A DNA stretch of 24,000 nt from positions 37,622 through 61,621 of the forward strand of contig JAQVDP010000021.1 in NCBI GenBank assembly GCA_028698335.1, in the 5' to 3' direction. The notes beneath the pieces are model-generated. The model did no database searches. It had not been told where the DNA came from and was given only the letters and a program-made list of their open reading frames with translations. The stretch comes from Nevskiales bacterium (GTDB lineage: Bacteria; Pseudomonadota; Gammaproteobacteria; Nevskiales; Nevskiaceae). The translations under genes and the position numbers were made by a program. Within the stretch, counting starts at the first letter, position 1. Every line of letters begins with the position of its first letter. Shown here piece after piece: positions 23,529 through 24,000 of this stretch.

Positions 23529-23613
23529 TGTGTGGTCAAATCGCGGCTTGTACCCGCGCGGACGTCTTCCCTTCTCCACCTGCATTCCCCGCGCGGCGCA
23601 CTGAGGACAACGC

Positions 23614-24000
23614 ATGCAGCGCGGAAAATGGTTCATCACGTTCCTGACCATCGCGGTCATCGCCGGCGCCGCGGGACTCGGCTGGCGCCAGCTCAACCCG
23701 CCGACCACGTCGGGTGGTTCGATTGTCGACGCCGAACCGGAGGTACCGTGCCCGCCGCTGGCCAACGCCGAATGGCGTGCCGCGCAGACCATCGACGGCG
23801 TCGAGATCGAGGCCGATCCGTCCTGCGAGCCGGACAACCCGGCCGTCGTCGCGGCGGTGGTCAAGGGTACCAATCGGGCGGTCAAGGCGCTGATGGACAC
23901 GCGTCTGGCCCGGGATACCGTGATCAAGCGCAGGGATCTCGACGGCGACGGCGATCCGGACGAGATCGAGATCAAGCTCGAGGTCACCGAACTCAACGGC
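23614..24000 (+). CDS. N-terminally membrane-anchored periplasmic protein, 3' end truncated by window (possible cupredoxin/multicopper-oxidase-like start; unproven)
   Basis: ATG 23614 lies 6 nt after GAGGA (23603-23607). It translates as MQRGKWFITFLTIAVIAGAAGLGW (signal-anchor), then 2 Cys, then the acidic loop DLDGDGDPDEIEIKLEVTELNG. Third-position GC is high throughout. It is absent from the ORF track only because it has no stop within the window. Confidence 0.6.
   Translation, partial: MQRGKWFITFLTIAVIAGAAGLGWRQLNPPTTSGGSIVDAEPEVPCPPLANAEWRAAQTIDGVEIEADPSCEPDNPAVVAAVVKGTNRAVKALMDTRLARDTVIKRRDLDGDGDPDEIEIKLEVTELNG

Noticed and set aside
1-24000. Search for CRISPR arrays, tRNA/rRNA genes, IS elements, toxin-antitoxin pairs or phage-defence operons.
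   Set aside because: I noticed no regularly spaced repeats, cloverleaf-compatible sequences, transposase- or integrase-like translations, or small paired ORFs in any frame. The only repeats seen are the short intergenic motifs reported above.

Overview
GC-rich bacterial chromosomal window (roughly two-thirds G+C by eye, not computed). I can support 20 protein-coding genes. I recognise no rRNA, tRNA, CRISPR array, transposase or integrase. The housekeeping genes (a Pseudomonas-type nrdA with tandem ATP-cones, and fpr) suggest a high-GC proteobacterium, probably gammaproteobacterial; this is inference. Gene order: (1) two FtsX/MacB-type ABC permeases (1-1326). (2) A signalling cluster: a zinc-ribbon, tail-anchored Hanks Ser/Thr kinase (1365-2564, minus strand) divergent from a translationally coupled operon of FHA protein, DUF1338 (HglS-like) enzyme and membrane GGDEF cyclase (2703-5888). 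(3) A 685-aa polytopic membrane protein (5827-7884, minus). (4) fpr (8071-8847, minus). (5) nrdA (9327-12257) with candidate NrdR boxes but no adjacent nrdB. (6) A 1295-aa secreted M36 fungalysin-type metalloprotease with a PA-domain insert and a Gly-rich/TM/Arg C-terminal sorting tail (12560-16447). (7) A MerR regulator plus an esterase (16671-18379). (8) An SCP2-type thiolase (18413-19594, minus). (9) Most notably, a copper membrane monooxygenase (CuMMO) operon in C-A-B order (19838-22736) with intact PmoC- and PmoB-type metal ligands. It is followed by a translationally coupled fourth gene for a small secreted, C-terminally anchored protein whose mature form starts with His (22736-23344), then a highly structured 269-nt spacer, then a membrane-anchored periplasmic ORF that runs off the window. 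Nothing else in the 24 kb is methanotroph- or nitrifier-like, so this is most likely one of the poorly characterised hydrocarbon-type CuMMOs. Its substrate, its fourth gene and its RNA structures are the main follow-up targets. All homology statements come from reading the translations by eye; no database search or alignment was run.
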